In this document: positions 1-8,187 of the stretch, piece by piece
How the letters are laid out: each line of letters starts with the position of its first letter
Position numbering within the stretch: the first letter of the stretch is position 1
Virus record (IMG/VR): IMGVR_UViG_3300005647_000006
DNA from: a virus
Length of the DNA stretch: 42,734 bases
Direction: 5' to 3' (one strand)
Notes under the pieces: generated by a model
Databases searched by the model: none
Told to the model about the DNA's origin: nothing
What the model saw: only the letters and a program-made list of their open reading frames with translations
Translations under genes and position numbers: made by a program

Positions 1-5
1 GTATA

Positions 6-344
6 ATGTCTTTGTATGCCATACGTGGAAATGGTGGAGTTGGCTCATGGGTTCAAGTGGGCAAAACACCACATGGTGGGCTTACTATTGAATTTGTTAT
101 TCGTGATGATAACACTGGTTTTGATGATGTAACTTTCTCATCATTTTCTCAAGTGTATGGATACTTCATCATACTCAATGATCATATTGACAATAACAAT
201 GCATGGAATTTAAGAATATTACAAATTACAGACGGTAGAACTTCAATTGCGGATATGGATATCTTAACTAAAAGTCAAATGCATTCACAGCTTAAAGCAG
301 ATTTTGAATGTAGAGGTGTAATAGATGCTTTATCACGTATGTAA
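6..344 (+). CDS. Hypothetical phage protein ending IDALSRM (C-terminal motif family); start uncertain at window edge
   Basis: ORF track; first of a tightly coupled + strand run of small ORFs. Confidence 0.65.
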   Translation: MSLYAIRGNGGVGSWVQVGKTPHGGLTIEFVIRDDNTGFDDVTFSSFSQVYGYFIILNDHIDNNNAWNLRILQITDGRTSIADMDILTKSQMHSQLKADFECRGVIDALSRM

Positions 345-621
345 ACATTTATATAATGTCGGAGACAAATTTTTAGTTATCGAAAATAATTCGTTCAAGT
401 GGTATGAACATCGATTTGATGAGTTTACGTTTTGCGAATTAATATCTTTTAAAGATGAATTAGATGAAATTGGTGGAGTGACTTACTATCAACATAAAAT
501 AGAATACAATGTCGATAGGAAGGTTATAACAGAACGTACATTGATAACTAATCTTGATGATATGATGAAAGAGTTTGAAGAACATTTAAATTTTAGTGTC
601 GAAAAAATGAAAAAATTATGA
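325..621 (+). CDS. Hypothetical protein ending VEKMKKL
   Basis: ORF; GAGGTG upstream; ATGA overlap with next gene. Confidence 0.75.
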   Translation: MLYHVCKHLYNVGDKFLVIENNSFKWYEHRFDEFTFCELISFKDELDEIGGVTYYQHKIEYNVDRKVITERTLITNLDDMMKEFEEHLNFSVEKMKKL

Positions 622-974
622 GTGAATATATCTACAGATGCTGTCAATTGAATTTTGGGGAGGAAGTTATGGTGTATGTAAAATACTTCTATCCAAAATC
701 AGATTCATTTTCGTTAGTTGTCGAGGATTCATTGGATGTTAATGATGATTCGGTGGAAACACAATATTGTGGTGATTATGAATTTGCATCAACTTTTATG
801 AAAGATATTGCAAATTCTCTTTATGCGGATAGTGCTAAATTTCAAAATGGTGTTAATTCTGTAGAAGATATTAAAGATAAATACCTGTTTTTACAGGCCA
901 GATTTGCTGATGGTGGCGGTGAATGGTATAATTTAGATGTAATTAATACGATATCTAATATGGAGAAAGTTTAA
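618..974 (+). CDS. Hypothetical acidic protein ending ISNMEKV
   Basis: ORF, ATGA-coupled. Confidence 0.75.
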   Translation: MSEYIYRCCQLNFGEEVMVYVKYFYPKSDSFSLVVEDSLDVNDDSVETQYCGDYEFASTFMKDIANSLYADSAKFQNGVNSVEDIKDKYLFLQARFADGGGEWYNLDVINTISNMEKV

Positions 975-977
975 ATT

Positions 978-1199
978 ATGCGTAGAACCGTAGTCGTGAA
1001 ACGACATAGACAAAGATTAATGATTCATTTATATTTTAATAAAGAAAAAACGGTTCTTCATTACGATTGCACTGAAGCTATGGCAATGGCCTATTGGTAT
1101 TTTAGGACATTTTTTTCTGAGCCAATTACACGACATAATTTTGATCAATCAATAATAAAGATACAGTCGTTACATTACGACAAAATGGAAACACCATGA
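978..1199 (+). CDS. Hypothetical protein
   Basis: ORF, GGAG upstream, ATGA overlap with next gene. Confidence 0.7.
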   Translation: MRRTVVVKRHRQRLMIHLYFNKEKTVLHYDCTEAMAMAYWYFRTFFSEPITRHNFDQSIIKIQSLHYDKMETP

Positions 1200-1480
1200 A
1201 TTATGATACTGAATGTACATTTTGTATGTCATTAATAGAAGAAAATGATGCACTAGAAAACAAAATTAATGATTATAAAACCGAGCTGGAAGAAGCTGAA
1301 AAGGAAGATCTTATAGTCGCTAAGGCAATTGAAGATTATATGACAAATATCGAAGATCAGAAATTTGAGATAAAAGAATTGGAGAAAAAAGTAGAAGATC
1401 TAGAATGGGAGCTTGAAAATTCACAGATTTCAGAGAAACGTCTTTCTACTATTTTAACTGATCGAATGGAGGATATATAA
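1196..1480 (+). CDS. Coiled-coil hypothetical protein with N-terminal CxxC, ending TDRMEDI
   Basis: Heptad-like E/K/L-rich sequence. Confidence 0.75.
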   Translation: MNYDTECTFCMSLIEENDALENKINDYKTELEEAEKEDLIVAKAIEDYMTNIEDQKFEIKELEKKVEDLEWELENSQISEKRLSTILTDRMEDI

Positions 1481-1680
1481 TGAATGACATTAATGATTTA
1501 ATTAAATCTATTAACAACTTTGTAGAATATCAGCCCAAGCTTGAAGATTTGACACAGATATATGATTCTGTTAGTGATAAGGATATGGTGAATACTGTTT
1601 GGCAGGCAGTCGAAAAAGAAAAATTAATCAGATTGCAAAATGAAATGAATGTCAAAATTAAGGATCTTGATGAGCTATGA
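1480..1680 (+). CDS. Hypothetical protein ending IKDLDEL
   Basis: GGAGG RBS, TAATG overlap. Confidence 0.75.
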   Translation: MNDINDLIKSINNFVEYQPKLEDLTQIYDSVSDKDMVNTVWQAVEKEKLIRLQNEMNVKIKDLDEL

Positions 1681-1856
1681 ATGGTGATGATATTAAAATA
1701 AGTCAGGCTGCAATGCGTAAATTTTTATTGGCAATTGAAAATTCTAATATTGGCATACCGGAAGAACGATTGAAATCTATGTTTAGTGGAATGACAGATG
1801 ATGAAATTGATACTGACAAAATGGATGCTGATATCGAAGCTTTAAATGAATTATGA
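1677..1856 (+). CDS. 59-aa hypothetical protein (MNGDDIK...IEALNEL), not in ORF track
   Basis: Translated by hand; ATGA overlaps at both ends. Confidence 0.7.
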   Translation: MNGDDIKISQAAMRKFLLAIENSNIGIPEERLKSMFSGMTDDEIDTDKMDADIEALNEL

Positions 1857-2029
1857 AGTTGTTTGATTGGTTAGATCATCGCGAGAGAGAAAAAATCACT
1901 AATGATAAAGTTATTGTATTGAATGTATACGATGGTGAGCTGCTAGAACAATCTGAAATAGATAATCGTATCAGAATAAAGAATGAAAGTGAGTTAGAGC
2001 CGATATTAGATGAACTGGAAAAACTCTGA
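1853..2029 (+). CDS. 58-aa hypothetical protein (MKLFDWL...LDELEKL), not in ORF track
   Basis: Translated by hand; ATGA-coupled to previous ORF. Confidence 0.7.
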   Translation: MKLFDWLDHREREKITNDKVIVLNVYDGELLEQSEIDNRIRIKNESELEPILDELEKL

Positions 2030-2060
2030 GCCTAACTGAATGGACTCAGAATTAATTGTT

Positions 2061-2138
2061 TGGAGCGGATAGCCGGAATCGAACCGAATGCAATTTCTGT
2101 TTGGAAAACAGAGGTTTTACCAATTAAACTATACCCGC
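2061..2138 (-). tRNA. tRNA-Gly(TCC) with encoded CCA and an atypical T-stem
   Basis: GCGGGTA/TATCCGC acceptor stem, U73, TCTGT-TTTCCAA-ACAGA anticodon arm, TTCGATT T-loop, CCA end. Confidence 0.9.
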
Positions 2139-2183
2139 TAAGGTTTGTTTATTTATTATAAAAACATTTTAAGGAAAAATCAA

Positions 2184-2429
2184 GTGAATTATTTTTTAGT
2201 AACTGAAAATGAAAGTGGTGAGAAGCTATTAAATATGAAATGCTCTAATTACGATGATGCTTTGCACGAGTATGATGTATGTTTAGGTGTGGGATACAAG
2301 GCTATCCATATCATGGCAACATGTGAAGATGTGTTGTTCTTACGTGATGCCAAATCAATAAAAATATTAAAATCCACTGATAAAGAATATAATTTTGAAA
2401 TCAGTATCGATGAATTAATATCAATCTAA
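2184..2429 (+). CDS. Hypothetical protein ending IDELISI (likely GTG start at 2184)
   Basis: AAGGA RBS 8 nt before in-frame GTG. Confidence 0.7.
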   Translation: MNYFLVTENESGEKLLNMKCSNYDDALHEYDVCLGVGYKAIHIMATCEDVLFLRDAKSIKILKSTDKEYNFEISIDELISI

Positions 2430-2438
2430 GGAATTGAC

Positions 2439-2822
2439 ATGAGATTATTTGAAAAAGATAGAATGACAAAAACACAATTTCATAAAAGCTACGATCCATT
2501 TCAGTTAATGAGTAAATTATTAGCTGATGGTGATTTGCTTCTTGCTGCGGAAAAATTAAAAGAAATACACGATCAAATTTTAGCATCTGATTCTACTGCT
2601 ACTAATCCAATACTGATGATGGAAAACAATTTTGATGAATATACTTTCAACATAACTTATCAAAGAGATGAAACTGATAGAGAACTCAAGAATCGATTGA
2701 AGTATAGAGAAAAAATAAAAAATGATGCTAAGCGAAATCATGAACGAATTGATACAGACGAAATAAAAAGACTAAAAGAACTTGCAGGCAAGCATGGTTT
2801 CAATGTCTCTAAGAGAGGGTGA
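2439..2822 (+). CDS. Hypothetical protein, paralog of 3031..3414
   Basis: Shared ETDxELxxR...ExKxLxxLAxKxG motif. Confidence 0.8.
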   Translation: MRLFEKDRMTKTQFHKSYDPFQLMSKLLADGDLLLAAEKLKEIHDQILASDSTATNPILMMENNFDEYTFNITYQRDETDRELKNRLKYREKIKNDAKRNHERIDTDEIKRLKELAGKHGFNVSKRG

Positions 2823-2823
2823 T

Positions 2824-3021
2824 ATGCCAGATCATGCTAAACAGGCATTAGAACATTTAAGGCTCGTATCACAGGGCAAGGCTACTCTTGAGATACATTC
2901 AACCATGTATTGTATTAGGCAATTACGAGCAACAATTGAAGATCAACAAGAAGAAATAGATAAGTTGAAACAATTTAATTCTAATATGACTGAAGAAGTA
3001 GATACACTCAAAAAACTCTAG
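2824..3021 (+). CDS. Small coiled-coil protein ending VDTLKKL
   Basis: GAGGGTG RBS before ATG at 2824. Confidence 0.7.
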   Translation: MPDHAKQALEHLRLVSQGKATLEIHSTMYCIRQLRATIEDQQEEIDKLKQFNSNMTEEVDTLKKL

Positions 3022-3030
3022 GAAATTATC

Positions 3031-3414
3031 ATGGCAGTTAAAGCATTTGCAGATAGGAAATTTGAAAAGAAATTAACTACTCACAACTTTGGAAGGATTG
3101 AATTTTCTGAATTGGTTGGTAGTATGGATTATATCATTTCTTATATTTCAACCCATGAAGATGCGCTACTAGAAGAATATCCAACAGCAGTTAATATAAG
3201 AATAGAGCGACGTGATGATGGTGGATATGATTGGGATGATTCGTGGTATCAAGTTAAGTTTGATCTTCCTGAAACCGATGAAGAACTTGCAGAGCGTATG
3301 GATATAGCCAGAACTGCTGACTTACGAAAACAAGAACATAAAGCAGAAATGAAAAAAGTTGAATTAAAAAAATTAGAAAAGTTAGCAGCTAAATTGGGTA
3401 AGACAGTTGTATGA
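3031..3414 (+). CDS. Hypothetical protein, paralog of 2439..2822
   Basis: ETDEELAER...ELKKLEKLAAKLG; AGGA RBS. Confidence 0.8.
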   Translation: MAVKAFADRKFEKKLTTHNFGRIEFSELVGSMDYIISYISTHEDALLEEYPTAVNIRIERRDDGGYDWDDSWYQVKFDLPETDEELAERMDIARTADLRKQEHKAEMKKVELKKLEKLAAKLGKTVV

Positions 3415-3650
3415 CAGAGCTTAAACGAAAATCATCTGAACAAGCATTGATTAATGACTTTGCTATTAGATATTACACAAGTACTAAAAATTCTGATTTC
3501 TTCACATTCAGTATTTCATTAAGCGGATATAGAATGGAGTGTAGGGATCTTTTTCGTACTGAAGAAGATGCTCTAGATGCTGGAATATGTGTTGCTATGG
3601 AACATCTTGGTATTAAACAATTACTGGATGATATGGAAAATGTTGATTAA
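3411..3650 (+). CDS. Hypothetical protein
   Basis: ATGA-coupled ORF. Confidence 0.7.
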   Translation: MTELKRKSSEQALINDFAIRYYTSTKNSDFFTFSISLSGYRMECRDLFRTEEDALDAGICVAMEHLGIKQLLDDMENVD

Positions 3651-3987
3651 AAACATCATAGAATATATTCTTACTCAATATTATCGATATTTGCAGGATA
3701 AGAATGATCGCAATTCAATAAAAGAAATTGATAGAATCTTTAAAGACAATACAATTATTGATATTCCTACGTTTTTACTTGCACGAAAAACAACATACGG
3801 CATTACAGAGGAAAATGTTAAAGCTATTTTAGTTGATATTAAAAAAGGTGAACGAGAATTTATAATATCCACTACAATAAATTCTATATGCACAAATTTT
3901 ATTAGATTGCGAGTAGATAAAATTGATTTTTTGGGATATCACAAAACAACAATCAACGATATAGTTGATGAGATGAAATTGATATGA
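3640..3987 (+). CDS. Hypothetical protein ending VDEMKLI (likely start 3640)
   Basis: In-frame ATG with short overlap to the previous gene. Confidence 0.7.
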   Translation: MLIKNIIEYILTQYYRYLQDKNDRNSIKEIDRIFKDNTIIDIPTFLLARKTTYGITEENVKAILVDIKKGEREFIISTTINSICTNFIRLRVDKIDFLGYHKTTINDIVDEMKLI

Positions 3988-4148
3988 CTATCGATATAAG
4001 ATGGAGGGTAACTGTCGAACTGTTAAGATAATAGTGGAAGTTAAAGATGTGTATGGGCGTGAAAAATGGTATAGACGCTCAATAGTAAGAACTTTTAATC
4101 GGCCTGACAGAACTAAAATGTATAATAAATGCGATGCTATGGAATGAT

Positions 4149-4724
4149 TTAACGGCGCATAAAAATAACGACTCGTGGATCGTCATTATGTACCTGTCCG
4201 GCATCATCAACAAAAGAACTAACACCATTAACTATTGCATAAGGTTCGCCAGCAGTTCCTTCATTCTTTGATTTATCTACTCTGTAACCAGCTTTACTAT
4301 ATAGTGAATATAGTGGCCCAGACAAAGAACCATCTTCACTACGAGTTGCAAAACAATCAAGGTTGTTAGCACCATTTTGGTTTGCTGAAGCCATGATAGC
4401 CCTTCCAGCTCCACTATTAGCACTAAAAACTGATACTAATTCATTACCAGATTTAATCGCATACCCACAAGCATTATTTGAACCAAGAAAACAAGCTGCT
4501 TTCTGATAATCGCTAGCAGAATATACTGTCAACGATTCAAGACCTTTGGCATGATTGCCTTTAGCCATATCATTTTGTCGGATTCTTGTGATTGCTTTAT
4601 GGAAGATTCTACCATCTACTTGTTTAAAGGTTAATGGTGCTATTTCAGTATTGCTTTTATCAAGCTGATCATCTGACAGCTTCCCCATATCCGAAAAAGC
4701 TTCTGTTAATTCATATAATTTCAT
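4149..4724 (-). CDS. GNAT-like (polyvalent-protein type) domain protein with capsid-targeting-like N-terminus MKLYELTE
   Basis: GYAIKSGNELVSVFS..GAGRAIM..A..GA..LDCF..LY.KAGY resembles GNAT motif A/B; late promoter 6 nt upstream. Confidence 0.6.
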   Translation of the reverse strand: MKLYELTEAFSDMGKLSDDQLDKSNTEIAPLTFKQVDGRIFHKAITRIRQNDMAKGNHAKGLESLTVYSASDYQKAACFLGSNNACGYAIKSGNELVSVFSANSGAGRAIMASANQNGANNLDCFATRSEDGSLSGPLYSLYSKAGYRVDKSKNEGTAGEPYAIVNGVSSFVDDAGQVHNDDPRVVIFMRR

Positions 4725-4730
4725 ATAATG

Positions 4731-4738
4731 TATTTATG
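4731..4738 (-). promoter_or_regulatory. T4-type late promoter CATAAATA, 6 nt before ATG (leaderless)
   Basis: Matches the TATAAATA consensus at 7 of 8 positions; intergenic. Confidence 0.7.
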
Positions 4739-4747
4739 CAGTTTTCG

Positions 4748-5098
4748 TTATAGATCAACAAGATCTGAGACACTTTTAGCTACTTTATGGGACTTGTGTA
4801 AATTACACAGCATTATAGACTGTAGGTTCCCACATTGCTCCCAGTACTCAGCTACCATCGATCTATGCTGTAGCATATCTTCAATAGTATCGTAGATCAC
4901 AGCCATTCTAAGAGAGTTACACCAGATTGGTTCTGATGTTCCTTTGAAGCCAGATAGATAAAAATATCTATTCCCCATCCCTTTAACTGGATTCTGTGCA
5001 ACAACCACAAACGGTGGAATGTTGGTGTGTTTTGCCATATTCATAATACATAATTCTTGTAGCCTATGTATATATTTAGGATTGGAATGGAATAACAA
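4748..5098 (-). CDS. Hypothetical protein ending VSDLVDL (true start probably near 5044)
   Basis: ORF track. Confidence 0.7.
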   Translation of the reverse strand: MLFHSNPKYIHRLQELCIMNMAKHTNIPPFVVVAQNPVKGMGNRYFYLSGFKGTSEPIWCNSLRMAVIYDTIEDMLQHRSMVAEYWEQCGNLQSIMLCNLHKSHKVAKSVSDLVDL

Positions 5099-5138
5099 AT
5101 TTTTATTTTAAAATGATTTTAGTAATAAATATATGTCG

Positions 5139-5363
5139 TTATATGTTATCAAGTTCTTCAAAAAAATCATCATCTAAAATATAATATCTTTTATAAGTGA
5201 ATGTTCTTCCATCCATTTTTTGAAGTTCTATTAACTCATTAAACTCTTTAATAGAAGTAAAAATACGATTGACTGCTGGATCTACTTCTTTCGTGCCTGA
5301 TCGATTTGACGAGTAGAAATAAGAATCTCCATGCACATCTGTAATCTCAACGAAAAATTTCAT
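5139..5363 (-). CDS. Hypothetical protein ending FEELDNI
   Basis: ATGA-coupled ORF. Confidence 0.75.
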   Translation of the reverse strand: MKFFVEITDVHGDSYFYSSNRSGTKEVDPAVNRIFTSIKEFNELIELQKMDGRTFTYKRYYILDDDFFEELDNI

Positions 5364-5659
5364 ATATCAGAAAGACCAGAAGTATCTTCTTCAATATCAG
5401 ATTTTGTCTTTTTTACTTTCTCTACTTTATAAGTGTATTTGCTTTTGGTGCTTGATAGATTTATACATTTTTGTTGTGCCATATCATATTCAGAATATAT
5501 TTTAGCTCCATGTGATGATTTGTTGAATGAGCCATCCGCCATAAGATATTCCAGTGAATCAAGTACTACTGATCGAGTAACATAAAATAAATTATTGGGA
5601 TCATTAAAAAACTCCCAACCACTTTCAAAGTCTTCAATACCGAATATCATTTTATCCAT
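5360..5659 (-). CDS. Hypothetical protein ending TSGLSDI
   Basis: Coupled ORF. Confidence 0.75.
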   Translation of the reverse strand: MDKMIFGIEDFESGWEFFNDPNNLFYVTRSVVLDSLEYLMADGSFNKSSHGAKIYSEYDMAQQKCINLSSTKSKYTYKVEKVKKTKSDIEEDTSGLSDI

Positions 5660-5907
5660 TATATTTTTCCTAAATCAACTAATGATTTTTTAATTGATTC
5701 TTGATCCAAAAGTATATCTACAACCAATACACATGTAGGATCAATGAAAGTTAATCTATCACTGTGTGGATCACCAGTATGAACACCAACTCTTTTCGCT
5801 GTTATTTTCTTAACTTCATAGACACTTACGCCTGCATACTTGGTTTTCCCACCAACCCATACAATTCGCGATCCGACTTCTATTGTGCTTCCCAATCCAT
5901 CTTTCAT
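5659..5907 (-). CDS. Small SH3/KOW-like beta protein ending LVDLGKI
   Basis: DGLGSTIEVGSRIVW...VKKITAKRV pattern; GGAG RBS. Confidence 0.7.
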   Translation of the reverse strand: MKDGLGSTIEVGSRIVWVGGKTKYAGVSVYEVKKITAKRVGVHTGDPHSDRLTFIDPTCVLVVDILLDQESIKKSLVDLGKI

Positions 5908-6007
5908 TTTGATATTCTCCCAATTAAACTATTTTATAGTATTTTGTGGGTGGATTCAATTTTAATTTTAATTAGCTGATATACGCTGAAACTAATTGAA
6001 TTAATTC

Positions 6008-6015
6008 GATAAATA
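6008..6015 (+). promoter_or_regulatory. Late promoter GATAAATA, 6 nt before ATG 6022 (leaderless)
   Basis: Motif and spacing. Confidence 0.65.
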
Positions 6016-6021
6016 ATATCT

Positions 6022-6249
6022 ATGAAGGATTTTATCGTTAGGCGATTTGCCAAAGACTCATTACAATTTGATTTTTATCAGTCAGGACAATGGACTGGTG
6101 ATGCGGTTGCTGCTACCAAACTATCTACAGTAGCTGCTAATAAATTAATTGAGAAATTAAATTCTAAATCAGATGAATATATCTATTCAACAATGTTTCG
6201 TAGACAACCACCATTTGCTGGAGTTGTTAATGATATGACTAAATTTTAA
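6022..6249 (+). CDS. Hypothetical protein ending VNDMTKF
   Basis: ORF after late promoter. Confidence 0.75.
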   Translation: MKDFIVRRFAKDSLQFDFYQSGQWTGDAVAATKLSTVAANKLIEKLNSKSDEYIYSTMFRRQPPFAGVVNDMTKF

Positions 6250-6502
6250 ATAATTCATCCATAAATAGATCAGCCTGATGTTCTGGCATTTCTTGTATCT
6301 CATAATCGTATTCTGTTTCACCATCAATATCCAGAAACGATTTAATTTCTATTAATCTATCTTCACACACAGGAGTTTTGATTAGATCAAAACTTGTCCA
6401 ATCTTCTTTCATTGATAAAGGGTCGCCCACTTTATCTGAACCACAAAAATGATATAGATGATCGGATGTTGAACTGTTTAATATAACGGTATAGTGCATC
6501 AT
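6239..6502 (-). CDS. Hypothetical protein ending MDELFKI
   Basis: ORF track. Confidence 0.7.
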   Translation of the reverse strand: MMHYTVILNSSTSDHLYHFCGSDKVGDPLSMKEDWTSFDLIKTPVCEDRLIEIKSFLDIDGETEYDYEIQEMPEHQADLFMDELFKI

Positions 6503-6508
6503 TGAATT

Positions 6509-6673
6509 TTAACCTATGAGAAATCCAGTTAAAAAGAATAAACCATAGCTCAATATTCTATAAACCGATGCCACTGGTTTTTCCTTATGGTATATCGAAA
6601 GGTATATAAAAAACAAGCCATTTAAAAAAACCAATATGGCTGCGAAGTGTTCTGGTTGTAGTGAATTTAACAT
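6509..6673 (-). CDS. 54-aa two-TM membrane protein, not in ORF track
   Basis: Translated by hand (MLNSLQPEHFAAILVFLNGLFFIYLSI...); TATAAT 6 nt upstream. Confidence 0.6.
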   Translation of the reverse strand: MLNSLQPEHFAAILVFLNGLFFIYLSIYHKEKPVASVYRILSYGLFFLTGFLIG

Positions 6674-6716
6674 GTGAGTATTATACACTAAAAATTAATT
6701 ATTTTCTGTTAACTGA

Positions 6717-7598
6717 TTAACGATATTTGTCTTGTGGGATTTCGTCTGTAAGGTTTCTCATATCGTGTATCAGGCTATTAATGTTTCTAACCAGATAACA
6801 ACTATTACCATAGTCGATGCCATTAGCAACTAGCGTTTGAGTTAAATCATTTATCTGAGTTTGATCTAAGATAAACACCCCATGAATCGTGTATGACAAT
6901 AAATCAACTGAGTTTACAAGACTTGCTAATCCAGCAACATCGGAAATGATCTTCACCAGATTGGGCTTGAAGGGGTCTACACCAGTCGTTATCGCGAATA
7001 CTGGTTGCCCCTCATACTTGTTGTAAACGTCCTGTCTGTAGTCCTCTGCCATCTTCTGACGATGCTTTATTTCCTCAACCTTATCTTTAATGTCTGTTCC
7101 CAGCCATTGAGCAAAGGTTTTACATTCATCATATTTGTGCGTTGGATGCCGTGGTAGTCTATCTATCGGAAGTTCTCTATCTTCTTCGTGTATTAAATAT
7201 TGATCATCATAAAAAGCCAGCCAATCGTCGCGAGTTTTTACTTCGTATTTGACCGCAAGTTTATGAACGATTCCAATTGCTTCGTAGTAAGGCAAGTAAT
7301 CCTTTACTCGTAACATGTTTGGATGATCTGTTGAAAGATAGTCAGGCCAGCCAGTCCATTGTTTACGATAAACAACTTCTGGTGTTGTTGGAATGAAAGT
7401 AAACTTTTTTACTCGACACCAAGTTTTGTATTCTTCTTTGGTCGTGATGTAAGGAACAGTTGCTATATAAGCAACTGCCTGTTCATACGTTAAATATTTT
7501 TGGTTCAGCCCATCAACAAACGCACTTTTATGATGAGGATTTTTGCGCCTATCTTTTTTAGGTTTTCTTTTACGAACCTTTTTTTCTGTATCAGCCAC
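6717..7598 (-). CDS. Protein with 'phage-integrase repeat unit'-like repeats (probably DNA-binding; not an integrase)
   Basis: Two YLxYxxA...P..P...Y..W..W..LG/ST repeats; basic N-terminus. Confidence 0.65.
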   Translation of the reverse strand: MADTEKKVRKRKPKKDRRKNPHHKSAFVDGLNQKYLTYEQAVAYIATVPYITTKEEYKTWCRVKKFTFIPTTPEVVYRKQWTGWPDYLSTDHPNMLRVKDYLPYYEAIGIVHKLAVKYEVKTRDDWLAFYDDQYLIHEEDRELPIDRLPRHPTHKYDECKTFAQWLGTDIKDKVEEIKHRQKMAEDYRQDVYNKYEGQPVFAITTGVDPFKPNLVKIISDVAGLASLVNSVDLLSYTIHGVFILDQTQINDLTQTLVANGIDYGNSCYLVRNINSLIHDMRNLTDEIPQDKYR

Positions 7599-7722
7599 AG
7601 TGCTTATATTAATTCAAATACATTAATTAATACTATTAACACTACAAAACCCAAATAAGCCAATAGAGTAGTATAGGGCGATAATTTAGTAAAAAATAAT
7701 AGTAATTTATTCATGTGAATAT

Positions 7723-8070
7723 TTATTCCTCGAAAATGTTAATGTCACATGGGTATTCAACCTTATCAAAAGACGCGGTTGATATGTTTGTAAAATTAAA
7801 TTTCTTAGTAATATCACAAACAACATCGTGATCATCGCTATCATTAAGAATGATTAATGCGCCTGCTTCTTTTTGTTTAATAATAAAATTAATTATATCA
7901 GCATCAGTTAGATTGCATTCAAGATCATCTTCTTTACATGGTGATACTTTTGAATTATTGTCTAACATTGGAACTGGTGGCGTACCTATCATCATAGGAC
8001 CACTATCAGTAGCGAAAATAGCTGTGCTACTAATCAACAATGATAAAGCTGCAACAATTTTGATTTTCAT
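7723..8070 (-). CDS. Secreted hypothetical protein
   Basis: Signal peptide MKIKIVAALSLLISSTAIFA; four Cys. Confidence 0.75.
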   Translation of the reverse strand: MKIKIVAALSLLISSTAIFATDSGPMMIGTPPVPMLDNNSKVSPCKEDDLECNLTDADIINFIIKQKEAGALIILNDSDDHDVVCDITKKFNFTNISTASFDKVEYPCDINIFEE

Positions 8071-8171
8071 ATTATTAGTTCTCGTGATTTTTAAATTTGA
8101 GTGAACAATATATCATAGTAATTGATTATATTACAGCCATCGAAAAATTAATTAATTTTTCGTATGAGTAA

Positions 8172-8187
8172 TGTGATATATGTCACA
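8172..8187. promoter_or_regulatory. CRP-family binding box TGTGA-N6-TCACA between divergent genes
   Basis: Perfect core TGTGATATATGTCACA in an AT-rich intergenic region. Confidence 0.55.

Noticed and set aside
3019-3033. Read-through fusion of 2824..3021 into 3031..3414
   Set aside because: The in-frame arrangement has a 1-in-3 chance. The downstream gene has its own AGGA RBS and the upstream protein ends at the tag.
6-6502. C-terminal tag as a known clamp-binding or SsrA-type motif
   Set aside because: It does not match T4 SLDFLF, beta-clamp QL[SD]LF or SsrA LAA, so it was left unassigned.
6717-7598. Integrase or prophage signature
   Set aside because: Only repeat units are present; no tyrosine or serine recombinase catalytic motifs and no att site were seen.
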